A stretch of 57,818 bases of DNA, the filler included, from Basidiobolus ranarum (lineage: Eukaryota), in the NCBI GenBank assembly GCA_040143965.1. It is 4 parts of 4 records of this genome, joined end to end, with 100 filler letters (N's around TTAATTAATTAA, not from the genome) between each part and the next. Parts side by side here need not be neighbours in the genome. Positions count along the whole stretch, not along the records: positions 1 to 14,417 come from JASJQH010007301.1; positions 14,518 to 28,902 come from JASJQH010007302.1; 2 more parts are not named here. One strand, written 5' to 3'. Both the position numbers and the translations under genes were made by a program. How positions within the stretch are numbered: position 1 is the first letter of the stretch; each line of letters starts with the position of its first letter. This document shows positions 12,816-26,332 of the stretch, in pieces. The notes under the pieces are model-generated. The model did not search any database and was not told where the DNA came from. It saw nothing but the letters and a program-made list of their open reading frames with translations.

Positions 12816-13986
12816 TGTTAAAGTATTTTAGGAGCCTATTGGAAGCGATTTGCAGAATTAGAGAAATTGGTGGTTTTCACTTACTGATTTATTGGATATT
12901 TAGTTGACATTTATAGTTTTGTCAAAATGTAAGCAAACTAACACATAGAATGTGTTAAGGAAGGTCCCAGAATCATGTGTGCAATGTTTGGGGCTTCTAG
13001 CACAAGTTTGAAAAAATCTATATATCAGAGAACTTCTAAGTTGGTAAAAATATTCAAAGTGAGTTTCAGCTGAGAATAATGGGTAATACCTTAGTAAAAT
13101 ATAGGATAAGTAAATACCAAACCATATATGTCTATGTAGGTGTTTAGGCCATCCAAATTTCAACACACTCTCTCAACTAAATAATCATGTAAACTAATTA
13201 TAAGGAAGGTCTAAATTTCTCAAATATCTGCCTAGTTAATGATTTGGTTAATATATCAAAAGTCATGTATTCTGTAGAACAAGTCAATAAGCTTATTCTC
13301 TATAGTTCCTGCAACAAAATGATGTCTAATAACTAAATGTTTGCTTTTAGTACAAAATATTGTAATTCTAGTTATCTTGATATAACTTTGATTATCTTGA
13401 AATATTGTAGTTGATGAGTTTTGAGAATAGCCCAAATCTGTTAAGACTTTTCTTGCCTATATTGCTTCTTTTACTAGAATATTTATATTTTAGGCACAGA
13501 TCCATAGTATCATTCAAATGTCAAAAAATATACTTGACTGCTATTATTTGATCAGATCCATTTTGAAGTTACCAGCACATAACTCCCATAACATATGCAA
13601 TGTCTGGCCATGTACCAGCCATGATATGCTGAATTCCAGTGTCTGTTTCCAATGCTTCTTTTATTAAGTTGGTTTCAGTACTTGTTAGTTCAAGATTGGT
13701 TTCAGAACTCATTAACTCAGAATTTGTGTTACTGAGAAATAGATTTTCAGCCAAAATCAAATTCCCTTGGTTAGAAGAATGAAGAGTTTCTTCAATAAAT
13801 ATAATGATGATAGCCTTTGTTCTGATATCATAATAGGATACATTTAATTGCCCTTTTGTCCAATTTTCTATGTTGTTGTTTGGGAATAAGAACATATACA
13901 GTTGATCCAAATATTTAGAGATAATTCAGATTAGGCTTGTTTCCAACCTAAATATCCATATGCGTTTTAGAGTCATGGTTGCTGTG
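12816..13986 (-). mobile_element. Ty1/copia family A 3' end: 3' LTR, PPT and decayed RNase H/RT fragments
   Basis: LTR 12816-13165 is preceded on the minus strand by the purine tract GAGAGAG. RNase H remnant is similar to 42702-42945; RT remnant 'GTWPDIAYVMG'; internally deleted. Confidence 0.85.
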
Positions 13987-14417
13987 TGTTAGATTTCTAT
14001 TTTGGAGATATGTAGCTGTCAAATTTGCTTCATCCCAATATATCTTTGGCAGATCTAAATTGTTTAGCATTTTATATGCTTTCTCCACTAAACACCTATT
14101 TATCTTTTCTGTTACACCATTTTGCTCTACACTATAACAAGTTATTGTTGAAGTTTATTGTATTTATCATATTTGTTATCTCTATCTTTATACACCTAAC
14201 CATTTCATATATCACATACAAGTTAGTTAACATTACTTAGTCAAATCTCACAAAGCTATTCACAACTGCACTTTTCTCAAGTTCCTCCAAACAGCCCATA
14301 TTTTCCCAATAGGTTATGAGCCCCATGTTCTAACCTTTACAGCATGACAGAAACCACTACTACCACTTTTATTAACTCAAGTGTTGAAAAGCTTGATGGA
14401 GAAAATTACAATTTCTG

Positions 14418-14517
14418 NNNNNNNNNNNNNNNNNNNNNNNNNNNNNNNNNNNNNNNNNNNNTTAATTAATTAANNNNNNNNNNNNNNNNNNNNNNNNNNN
14501 NNNNNNNNNNNNNNNNN
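14418..14517. other. Assembly gap with TTAATTAATTAA linker
   Basis: 100-base N run with a central six-frame-stop linker. Confidence 0.98.
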
Positions 14518-14955
14518 TGGCCCAAAAGGAAAAAAACCAGCAAGAACAGCGGACTTAATTGATGAACAGTCTAGCAATCCACTATCCACTTTGGAAGGCA
14601 TTAACATGCCGGAAACTAACTCAAGTAATGATGAAGCATTAATCAATTTACCAGATGTGTTCCTTTCCAGCAATAGTGCAAGTGAAGAGATTGTAATCCC
14701 CCAATTATGTAGTAAATCAATAGTTGAGCAAAGTTCAACCAAAACACTGTCAAGACCATCTACTTCCAAAATGGCTACTTTGCCCACTATTGAACAACCC
14801 TCCGTAGAAAATTTGGATAGAATTATTACAACAAGGGAATTGCAGGCAGAACACTGTAATGATTTGTATGCAATCATTGTCATGATTCTGATCTTGGCAT
14901 ACTGATCCACTGCAAATAGAACTCTTCTATTATTAGATTATGACATCATATCTGC

Positions 14956-15401
14956 TGTGCCATCCCTTCTTGGCAATCTGGTGTTAGTTCATCCAGATTA
15001 CCTTATATGGAAGTCATGTTCTTTGGAACATTCCATGAAACCTAACCAATCATGTCATCCAACACATAGTGTATTTCTGCCAAGACCTTCCATGGAAGGT
15101 CACCTGATCATCCTTACATCATCCCTCTTTGTATTGGTCCTTGTAGTCCCTAACACCCCAACTCTCAAACTTGCCACAGTATATTCCCTATTCAGTATAT
15201 TATGTTTCACCTTGCAATATCTATATAAGCCCCATGTATTCCCTGATCAGACCTCAGTCTGATCAATACCAGTTATAAATAAGGATTCTTGCCAAAGTAT
15301 CTTCCCTGTCCAGCTTGTCTTGTGGTCTACACCCAAGTACTCTCCTGCCTTCTAGCCTCTTGCTGTTGTTTCCAGTCCTTATCCAGTTCCTTATTGTGAC
15401 A
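14956..15401 (+). mobile_element. Possible solo LTR of another family
   Basis: TGT...GTGACA ends, an internal TATAAATAA, and a pyrimidine-rich 3' part, lying between copia fragments. No TSD found. Confidence 0.3.
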
Positions 15402-15731
15402 ATCACTGATCAAAATTGGAATTATTTAGCTTTGGGTGAAAATGGATGAGAACTTATACAAACTTACATATAATACAAGACATTTATGTGTATATATAAG
15501 TATTCTAATGAACAAACTATTCAATTATGGTATAAGAGATTTGGCTGTGTTGGATTGATATTATTTGGCAAAAAGATTAAAAAGTGAGTAATTTCTGGAA
15601 TTCAAATTAATCCCCAACTAAAATAAAAATTTATGAGGGTTGTGTGTATAGAAAACAAGCCAGGCAACTGTTCAAGAGCTCTGGTGTAATCAAATCTGTC
15701 AAAAAAACTGGATCTAATTCATTCAGATTTG

Positions 15732-18700
15732 CAGATTTGTTCCATTTTGTTGAGCCAGATTAGGCCAGCTTAAGAGTGTGCCAGCACAAATTGGCATTGC
15801 CAAATCAGTAGTCTTACTTATTTGGTATATTTAGGAAAAGTGCTTTTTGACATTTTTGCACATTCAAAAGATGATGAGAGCTTTATTCATAGTGTCTTAA
15901 GTCTAGAGCTCTCAATGGATATCTTTGAAAATGATTGTGTTGAAAATTGATCAAGATTTTGACTACTTTGCCTAACTTTGATGGAGGCCCACAAAATGAT
16001 TTTCCTCCATACTTTCCTGGTATAATTCTATATCTTGTTAGGAAACCAAATTTAAGTTCTAGTCTTGCTCTAAAATGGGAAAAAATGTCATTATAAAGCT
16101 TTTGCATCTCTGTGAGTATCCCTTCTCTGAACCTCTTGTTAGTTGTGACACATCCTAGCCCTCTGCATTCTTCCCCAGCATATGCCTCATCAGCTATATT
16201 CTTCTCATATCTTGCAAATGTTGCATCCCTCTCAACCAAAAGCCTTTGGTCTGGATGTCTCAAAGCCTGAAACTTTACACAGTGAGCTTTGTACCTGCCA
16301 GAATGGAATAGCTTTTGTTTGCTTGTGGCTGTTAATTCTCACAGGATATGTGTTGGGACTACTTGTGATTTGAACACTATTGGGAGATTCTCAGGGAAAT
16401 AGATGGAAATAAGAGTCCCTGAACCTTTTGTCCCAGGCACCTTCAACATCATTCATCACTGAAGCTAGATGATTCTCACTTACTTGAAGCCTGGTATGGA
16501 AGCTTTTCCCACTTTTACACTATCAATAGTGCACTGAAATCTGATTGGACAATACTTTTTGTAGTAACAATGCAAATTGATTAGCTGCTTTCTGGTAGGT
16601 ATTGGAGTATATGAGCCACAGTATTTCTCAAATAAATCTTCTAAGGTGGTGATTAGAAAGCCAGTAGTTGCTTTTGGATTATTCAGGAATGAACATTTAG
16701 TGTAGATGGAGAGCATCATATTAATCTTATATTGGGCTGGCACTATACTGATCACTCTGGCTTGCATAAGATATTGATCAAAGAATTTCAATTGTTGGGG
16801 TAAAATTCCCTATGTTCAATATAAAAAAATTTCTGTTTGCATTTATTATCTTCATTGTTTCATTTATGTCTAATTGCATGGAAATTATATAATAGACTGC
16901 ATCAGCAAAGTTAATCATAGTTTGATTTGAATCAAACTATTTTGGAAATCATACAATTTATTGAATAAGAAGATGTTCCCAAAGGCAAATTGGGGCAGGC
17001 CAGAGTGTTGCTCAGATGTTCTAGATCACTCCAAATTGAAGAGACTCCTAACAAAGTATCTATTTCACAAGAGGAATCTACACAACTCACCACTAGAGCT
17101 CAGGTAACACCTACAACAAGGGCAAGAGCCCAAAGAGTGGGTTCATCAGCTAGTAGCACACATTGACAGCAATGCAGTGCAGACTTGGAAGACTCCTTGA
17201 TGTTTCTCTTGTTATTTATGAAGATCAAGCAGTTATTGAAGAGTCAGAAAGAGAATGGCCTGCATTCTCATGCATCTTTGCACATAGTTTACCTGATTGA
17301 ACCAAACCAACCAGTGAGCTTTTTACATCTGGAGAAGAGTCAGCTCCAAGGAGCATCCCACCAGACAGACATACCAGTTTAAAATGTACTACCAAGCAAC
17401 AGCAACAAAGGCCAGCTGCAAGAACTATTGAACCTTCCACTTTGTTGGATGAAGAACTGACACCAGAGAGCAAACTACTAAAACAGCAGTCTGTTACAAC
17501 ATGTACCCCCATGAGCATAAGACAATGGGTTTTTAAGAGAGATAGTGAAGCTCTTACTGAGCTTCAAGAAGCCACAACAGTCAAACATGAACTCCAAGAA
17601 AGACAATATGTTCCAATGCGTTCCACCATGCAACAAAGGTCACAGCAGCCAATAAAAAGAGACAAAGCCTCTACAGTGGTTGAAGAGGCAAGAACTGCCA
17701 AACACAAACCTCAAGGTAGACAACTTGCTCCAACCCATGCTGCCATGCAACCATGGTCATGGCCAGTCAAAAGAGATGAAGCTTCTAACATAGTTGAGGA
17801 GAGAAGAACTGCCAAACACAAACCTCAAGGTAGACAACTTGCTCCAACATGTACTGCCATGCAACCATGGCCAGTAAAACAAGATGAAGCTTCTATTGTG
17901 GTTGAAGAAACAATAATTGTCAAGCACAAACCTCATATGAGACATTCCAGGTTGACACATAGAACTTCATGCCAGCAATAATGGCTTTGACCCATTGGGT
18001 GAAGGCTCCATATCTCAAGAAAAGTCTCTACATACAAACACACTGCAAACAGACTGGACAAGCCATTGCCTACCACAGCACATCAACCTCAAGCCATAAC
18101 TCATGCTGAGTGAGGTAGAGGAACTTCTGCAGGATCAAACCAACCAACCCAGTTCTGAGGTTCAAGCAAAGGTCCTTCCATGGAAATAGCAAGGAGATAA
18201 CAAAAGTAACAGAAGAAAATCAGCATGTACAGCTGCAAACTTGGGCAACTGCTGAAAGCTCTTGCTAATACTTACCTTATCTAATCTTTACTGTTTAACA
18301 CATCATGGGTATTCAATATGGATTGCAGTTAAATTTTGCATAATTTACTCTAGTTAGATCACAATTGCTGATGTCTTTATGAAGTATTAAAATATGAATT
18401 TTTCGTATATTAAAAAATGAATGATAGCCTGTTAATTCAAACAATATCTCTACCAATAAATGAAGAATGTCTATCAATAAAAAGCTTGTGCAGCCCTGTT
18501 GGTTCAGTATGGCTCAATCCATCCACATTCTCATCCAATTAGAAACCTAAATGATTGAATGAATATTAGGCTCATCTAAAACTCATGAAGCAAGCAATCC
18601 TGATCATTACTATTGTACTGCAGATTGATCCATCATCAAGTGCTGTGATTTGTCACTGGCATGCCAAAACTACTGGTATTTCATAATGCAGGAGCATTGT

Positions 18701-19083
18701 GCTTAATTTAAGATCAGGATATTGTAGGAGTGAAAGACAAATTATTGGCCTAAAAGCATATGATTTTCTTGGTTATACATTTGATTGGGCAAGTTACAGT
18801 GTAAGTCATATATTGTTACATATTCAATAATTAGTAAGTTATAAGCAAGGGGATGAACTTGCATTGTTAGTTACCCAAAACCTTAATTTGGCAATACCAA
18901 ATTGTGTAACTTGGTAAAAGCTGGCACAATACCTACAAAAAATTCATTGTTTCCAATTGTGGTTGGATGGTACCACATTGCTCCTTATAGTGTCTGATTG
19001 AGTATTATAGGACCTAGCCTAAATAACTGAAAGAATGTGCCAGTTAGTGTGCTAGCAGGCTGTATTGAGTGGTACAAGTCTTG
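15732..19083 (-). mobile_element. PIF/Harbinger/ISL2EU-type DNA transposon (DDE_Tnp_4-like), decayed
   Basis: TIR AGATTTGTTCCA (15733-15744) vs reverse complement of 19070-19081 AGACTTGTACCA; it splits the copia integrase 'HSDL|C(G)P' motif. Minus-strand transposase at ~15883-16800 shows 'CTID', 'QKLFHSGRYKAHCVKFQALRHPD', 'ADEAY' and 'YNDIFSHFRARLELKFGFL'. Confidence 0.75.
17535..17945 (+). repeat. ~108-123 bp in-frame tandem repeat (about 3.5 copies) in the second ORF of the Harbinger-type element
   Basis: AGAACTGCCAAACACAAACCTCAAGG occurs at 17691 and 17805 (period 114). Peptide unit 'KRDEASxVVEExRTAKHKPQGRQLAPTxxAMQPW'. Confidence 0.85.
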
Positions 19084-20675
19084 TGTTGACCTACACAAAA
19101 CTAAACTTTAGGTAGAAAAAGATATTTAATCACATTAATTGATAATTATACATGATACACTTTGGTCTACCTTATGCAACAAATATTAGAAGCTCTCTCT
19201 ATCTTTAGAGATTTTAAAACACTTGTGGAGACTGAAATGGGACTAAAATTAAGAAGATACATACTAAGAATGGTGGAGAATATATTTCAACACTATTGAA
19301 GCACTTTGGCTAAGTTCCTGAAATTAAGCAAAAAACTACTGCCCCTATTGACCTCAAAAAATAGGTGTTGCTGATGGGGCTAAGAGGACTATAATAGGAA
19401 TGGCAAGATCTATCATAACTGCACAAAGGTTATCTCAAAACTTTTAGATAGAATCTGTGCTACAGCTCTATATTGGAAAAATAAGAGTTTTACTAGAAGT
19501 GTGTCTAACCCTTTGCCATATCAAGCTTGGTTTGGAGTTAAACCTGATGCAAAATATTTGAGGATCTTTGAATGCATTGCTTATGTCAAAATTACAACCC
19601 AGAAATTGGTCTAAATTTGCTCCAAAAAGTAAAAAATGCATATTTCTGGGTTAATGTACCCAAACCAAGGCATACAGACTCTTTGATACTAAAATCTCTA
19701 AGTTATTTATGGCAGGGATGATTAGCTCAATCAAAATGAAAAATCTCACTCAAATTGTCCTTGGATGATGAAAAAAATCAATTTTCTCCTAATCCTTTCA
19801 TTTAACTTGAATCAAGCCAAAACAATGGAGAGAATAGAATTCCTGTGGACCCTTCTACCAGAATTGTGCTAAGTGAAGTGCCCATTGCAATTCCAGAAGC
19901 TGTGGTACCTTTATCCCAAACCAGCAGATTAGATCAGATCCAATTAGCCCTGATTACTCTATCAATGAGTCTCAAATTTGGCCCTATGACTGCACAGCTG
20001 AAATACATGAGCCACAGACCATAAAAGAGGCCCTGAATGACCCTCACACAATATTTTGGAGATTTGCAATGGCTGATAAGTACCAGGCTGTGATTGCTAG
20101 TCCAACTTGGACTTTAACAAATATTTTGATGTTGGACAATCATTGGTCTGCTGATTTATATTCAAAGTTAAATACAACACCAATAGAAGTATAGAAAGGT
20201 ACAAGGCTAGACTAGTTGCCAAAGGCCATTCCTAAGCACTAGGAACAGATTATACAAAAACATTTGCTCATGTAGCAAAGTTTAATTTAATCATATTGAT
20301 TTTGGCAATTCCAGCTAAATATCAGTTTAGTATACATTAAATAGATGTTAGAACTGCTTTTTTAAATGGTGAGCTGGGTGAGGTGACCTCTATGTACATG
20401 GCAGATAAATTTGTGGACCCAGAAAACCCTCAAAAAGCTTGCAGACCCTGGCAAACACTCTATGGCTTAAAATATACTCCAAGAGTTTGGAAAAGCAAGA
20501 TAGATGTGTATTTGGAAATATTCAAGTTCCAAAAGAATAATGCTGACTAAAGTATCTACTTCAGGCCAGACAAGACATACACAGTTTTATTAGCCATATA
20601 GTAGATGATGAAAGATAATGTTATCATTGTAACCAATGACTTAAAGACTTTAGAGAAAGCTAAATCAAGCTTATT

Positions 20676-23058
20676 CCCTAACAAAAATAATATCAATTTG
20701 ATCCAGATTGGATCTATGCTTCTGGATTGCAAGACCATCTGAGAACCATCACAATATTGGTGGCTTGCATTCTGCCAGGGATGTAGATGATGCAATGGTG
20801 GCTACTTGCTGGTATTTTGATGGTATGTATACGTGGTAAAATGTAGATCCTCACATTTAGCATGCATTCTTGATTTTCCAACAATGTTTCCAAAAAACTA
20901 ATTTTCAAATGGCAAATTACTGGGTTTATTGCTGTAGCAATTCAAATTAATATGCATGCCCTTATTTCAATGTTTTACTCTTTGTGTTCCAGCTGTAATG
21001 AAAATCAAACAATACAAGAATCTTATTTTGTTTAGTCTCTACATTTGCACATATTTGACTGATCAGATAGAGCTCAACAACATCAATATGCTTTACCAGC
21101 AAACTAATGATGGGGAAATTGCTAAACATCTCAAATTTGGAATAGCACTTGCATTTGGCATATAGCTGACTCTTGTTACCATTCATAGTGAGAATAAGCT
21201 CTTGGATTTTGTCAGCCAAAATACTCATAACTTGCATTGAACAAATGTCCTGTCATTAGTAGATGTGTCATTGCTTGAATAGATTACCCTATGGCTAAAA
21301 TGAAAATACTGCTTCTCTTCATCTATATCACCAAGCAGGCTATCTTGCAGCTTTCCTAGAAATACTATTGGATTAACACATGAACAAATTAGTCCAAAAT
21401 ATAGATGTACTTATTCTGTGTCCATGGATTGGCATTGCTGTTATTGTGCTCAAACAATGCAAAAACCCATTAATATATTCTGGTGTCTCCTTAACCCATT
21501 GCTTTACATCCATCACTAATTTACTGATACATTGTTGATCAGATTAGCATACCATGCTTGTGATTACTTTTTTAAGAAGGTCTCCAGCTTTTATATGACA
21601 AGAATCTGTGTTACTAATGGCCAGGCTTTGTTAAATGTTTGTGTTGAGGCTTGAGAAGGATATGGTAGGAAAAAGAACACCTCCTGTTAATGGCAAGCAT
21701 TAGTCCGCTCTTAACACTTACATTAAAGGAAGCAGTTTTGATTATTGAGGAGTGGTAAGTTCAATCCAATCTTAGCAACCAGGTGTTTATTGATATTCTT
21801 ACACTTCTACCATGGATGATTGGCAACTGTTGCTTACCACAGATCTAGTACAAGTGGAAAGCACTTGTCAATTGTGTGACTTATAATCCTTTAGTAATTA
21901 TACTACCTTCATATCCAAATGGTTGTTTGGCTTTTACCGGTGATCTGAAAAACTAGAAGTAATGAACTGTTTGCATACAATTGGCAATCACTAAATCAGG
22001 TACATATTGCTCATATTTGGCTTACATACTATTGATTCCCCATCTGAAAGTTTTGATGAAATAACCCAACTATAGATCATTGATCCAATACCATATTACT
22101 CTATGTAAAGCTGATGGTATGACTAATATACTTGATGGATATCACTACAAGAATCCAAAAAGTCAAGGTTTCTTTGAGGAAACATATGTTCACACATTTG
22201 CATTGGCTCTAGATGGTTCCTCCCTTTACAAATATACCATTGGAAATGCTTGCTGGGCAATAATTTTATTAACTCAAATCTTCCTCCATATGAACTGTAT
22301 AAAAGTCATAATATTTTGATACTATCCATCATTTCTGGACCTAAATCACCAGCACTTTTAGATGGCTTTTTGAAGCCTTTGATTGCAGAATATGAACAGA
22401 TATCTATTGAGGTTCCAATGAGTGAATATGTTATTAAAGCTAATATCATTGTATGTATTGGCAACACTGCCACCATCAGTAAACTTGCAGGTTTTTTTGG
22501 GCATGATGCACTTTCTTGCTGCTGATTTGCAAATCAACAGGGTATACTCTATTGGGCATGTGCTTTACTACTATGCAGTTACATCACTTAGCTCCATGAT
22601 TTTACCATTGAGGGCTGGGTCAGATTTCAACTTGCTCACTGATATCAATTTGCCAAATAGTCAGTTCAACATCAAACTTGGTATTATCTGTAAGCCAAAG
22701 ATTATATTGCTAAAGGGGATCAGCTGGAGCCAGAGCTTCTTGTTAAGCACTATGTACTTACTATTTAATAACATTCTGATACTACTTACTCAGCTCTATA
22801 GTAGAAAATTCAATTTAAATGAGCCATTTGAGATAGGATTAAAGTTTGAATCCATTGGGAAAATGCTTGTAGATGTCAAGATACCATCATATTTTGGCTG
22901 GACTCCTGTCAATATCCACTCATCTAGGTGTTTATTCAAATGCAAAGACTGGAAGCATTGGATTTGTATGTATCCCGGTGGAATCTTGAAAAGATATCTA
23001 CCTAATGAATATTGCTACATTGGGAGTTGTTTGTGAATATGGTTAATATTGATAAAAG
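20676..23058 (+). mobile_element. CACTA/EnSpm (CMC) DNA transposon, decayed and truncated
   Basis: Terminus CCCTAACAAAAATAA is shared with 42959. Tnp2/Transposase_21 motifs at ~22100-23040: 'LALDG', 'NLPPYELYKSHNILILSIISGPKSP', 'FLKPLIAE', 'SKLAGFFGH' and 'IPSYFGWTP...FKCKDWKHW'. Confidence 0.85.
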
Positions 23059-26000
23059 TTTTTAGGGGATTTGGAAGTATTTGGGCCAAGATTTGGAATT
23101 GCAAATCAGACACTTATGTTTTATTGAATCAAATATATACTATTTATAGTTTACTATGAAATAGAATTAATGGACATGCTTAGATCATAACAAACATGCC
23201 TGTTAATCATGAGTGAAAATTTGAGGTGATTTAGAGAGGTTTTGAGAAAATATTTAAAATTGAAAAAAGTGATCTAATTGACATTTCTACCAATTAGAGC
23301 AATAAACAAACATTTTCAATGACACAATTGAGTACTGAATAATCAGATTATGAATAAAGTAGCTGCTAAATAATGAATTGCTATTTACATAATTTCAACA
23401 TTACCACTCAACTAGCTATTTGTACTTCTCTTAAACCTAACTTATATCTTAATAATTCAAATTGTGCCTTGGCCAAAGTTTTGGCTAAGATGTCAGCAAT
23501 CATTTCTTCAGTAGAGCAATAGACAAGTCTAATTATATCATTCTCTTTTGCTTCTCTAATAAAATGATGTCTAATATATATATGTTTTGTTCTAGCATGA
23601 AATGTAGAGTTTTTAGCTGATGAAAAACAATTTTCATTATCTTCAAATACAGTAACAGCTCATTTTGCACATATCCTAAGTCTGTAAATAACTTCCTTAA
23701 CCACATAGCTTCTTGTGTAGTAGAAGAGGCAGCCATATACTCTGCTTCTGAAGTGGTAAGTGCCACAGTTAGTTGCTTGTTACTATTCCTATCAAATTGT
23801 GCTTTAGCTAAAGTTTTGGCTAAGATGTCAGCAATCATTTCTGCAGTAAGGCAATAGCCAAGTTCAATTAGATCATTATCTATTGCTTCTCCAACAAGTT
23901 AAGGCCTAATATCTTTATGTTTTGTTCTAGCATGAAATGTAGGGATTTTAGTTGATGAAAAACAACTTTGATTTATCTTCAAATACAGTAATAGCATATT
24001 TTTGCATGTATCCCAAGTCTGTAAATAACTTCCTCAACCACATAGATTCTTTTTTAGTAGCAGAGGCAGCCATATACTCTGCTTCTGTAGTGGAAAGTGC
24101 TGTCGTCGGTTGCTTGTGACTATTCCAAGTTATGGCTGCATTTGATTAGAGAAAAGAGTATCCAGTTATTTATCTTCTATTATCAGGGCTTCTTCCCCAG
24201 TCTGCATAACTGTAGGCTTTGAAACTTTGTGCATCAGGAGTGGCAGAATATTTCTGTACTAGATCTGCAGTTCCTCTGAAATATCTGAATATTTATTTTA
24301 CTGCAGTTTTGTGCTCAGATACTGGATTTTTTAAGGTATTAGCTGACAGTTCCCACTGCCACAGCAATGTCTGGACATGTTCTTACCATTGTATCCATTA
24401 AACTACCCACCATGGATTGATCAGGGAACTCCTGGCTTTGATTTAAGTCATTGTGTACTAAATCAGATGAAATCTTGATTATTTCCACATGGGGATCTAT
24501 TGGTGATGATACAGGCTTACAATTCTCCAAGTTGAAGAGTTTTATGATATCTAGGATGTTTCTAGACTGATTTAGCATGAATATCAGATTGGGTTTATTA
24601 TCTCTTGTTATAGATTCCAAGAAAATAACTCAATTCACCCATATCAGTCATCCGAAATTGGCTGGATATGCTGTTTTTTGTGTGGTGAAGTGCTTCTAGA
24701 TCACTTGTGACTATGAAGTTATCCACATATAGTGCTAAGATAAGGATACTATTTCCGGTTGTTTGATGTGAATCCTTTGATCTGCTGGGCATTTTTGGAA
24801 TTCAAGCATTTCCAAATAGGAATCTAACTTGATGTACCATGCCCTGGTTGCTTACTTGAGTCCTTATAGCATCTTTTGCAGTTTACAGACCATACCAGGG
24901 TGTTTTTGGTCAATAAATTCATCTGGTTGTTCCATATAGATCTCTTTTTTTAGATTTCCATTCAGAAAGGCTGCTTTTACATCCATCTGATGTAAATCAA
25001 GGTTATGAGTGACTGAGAGTGCCAGGATTGATCTAATGGAGCTAAACTTAGCTACAGGAGCAAAAGCTTCATTAAAGTCAACTCCTGGAGTCTGGGAATA
25101 ACCTTTTGAAACATTCTTGCTTTATTCCTCTCTATAGTTTCATCAGCTTGGTTTTAACTTTACAGACCCATTTGCAACCTATTAGCTTTCTCCCTGATGA
25201 TAAAGGATGTGAAAGCCACATTTTATTGTCCTGAAGTGAAGAAAACTCAGTACACATTGCTTCTTCCCAAAATCTTCATTCTGAACACTCCAGAGCTTGA
25301 TCTAGAGTCTGGGGTTTGTCACAGAATGCTGCATAAGCATATGCATCATCACTGGAAGTGTTCCACCAGATTCCTGGCTTATTTCTCCTTCTAGATGACA
25401 TGCTGGTTCCTAAATCATCTTCTGTTGTAATTGACGCTGTAATTTTGATTGAATAGGGCTCCCATACAGCTCAAACTTTGTCAGACACTTCCTGAATAGT
25501 GCTGATTGTGTTTCTGGACAAAGACTTGTGATATGAGGTGAAAAAGCTGCATTCTCATCAAAGCTCACTTCTCTGTATGTAATTAACTTGTGTATTTTGG
25601 TTACAAACAGTCTGTAGGCCTTAGATCCCTCACAATAACCAAGAATTATGCATTTTCTGCTTTTGAGTTCCAATAAGAGTGTTTTTGAGCTAGAATTAGG
25701 CAATATGCTATGCAAGCAAAGATCCTGAGATGATCCACACTTGGTTTTGATCCATAGAGGGCTTCAAATTGAGTAGAATTGTGTAGCAATCTTGTTGGGC
25801 TTCTGCTTTAATATAGATGGCAGTGGAGACAGCCTCAGCTCAATATCAATATTGTAGCTTTTGATTATTTAACTTTGATCTTGCCATCTCCACTATGATC
25901 CTATTAGCATGTTTTACAACTCCATTTTGCTGTGGAGTATATGATACAGTAGTTTGTTGCTTGAATTTATATTTAAAGCAAAAACCAGCAAAGTCTGTAG

Positions 26001-26332
26001 AGCAGTATTCTCTACCATCATCACTTCTTAGTAGCCATATTTTTTGTGCTGATTCTTTCTCTACCATTGCTTTGTAGTGCTTGAACATAGCTAAGGGTTC
26101 AAATTTTGGTTTGAGAAAGAATACCCAAGTATATCTTGTTTGGCCATCAATTAGATCATAATGTTCCTTTGGTACCTTTTCCCACCTAGTGAGATGTTTT
26201 TATGGGCCCACATAGGTCAAAATGAATCAAGGCAAAATACTGAGTAGATTTGTTCTCTCCAGAGCTTGAAAACAGCTGGCTGTCATCTTTTCCATATATT
26301 GAATCTACACACATATTGAATGTAGTGATATT
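23059..26332 (-). mobile_element. Ty1/copia family C element (3' LTR plus decayed pol)
   Basis: LTR ~23059-23400 (TGTTGAAATT start on the minus strand). RNase H 'TSEAEYMAA...EAMWLRKL', RT 'LALYVDN' and 'MTDMGELSYFLG', integrase 'LRSDDGREY' and 'YTPQQNGV'. Confidence 0.9.

Larger units (their letters stand above)
13987..20675 (+). mobile_element. Ty1/copia family B element (5' LTR, PBS, gag, integrase, RT), interrupted by nested insertions and a gap
   Basis: LTR ~13987-14311, PBS GGTTATGAGCCC at 14312-14323, gag start 'VEKLDGENYNF'. Pre-integrase/integrase 'LDLIHSDL' at ~15707-15731 resumes as 'C*P...LGRKRYLITLIDNYT' at ~19084. RT remnants ('RYKARLVAKG', 'DVRTAFLNGEL') run to 20675. Continuity across the gap is assumed. 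Confidence 0.75.

Noticed and set aside
14462-14473. TTAATTAATTAA palindrome recurring at three sites
   Set aside because: It is always centred in a 100-base N run, so it is an artificial contig linker.
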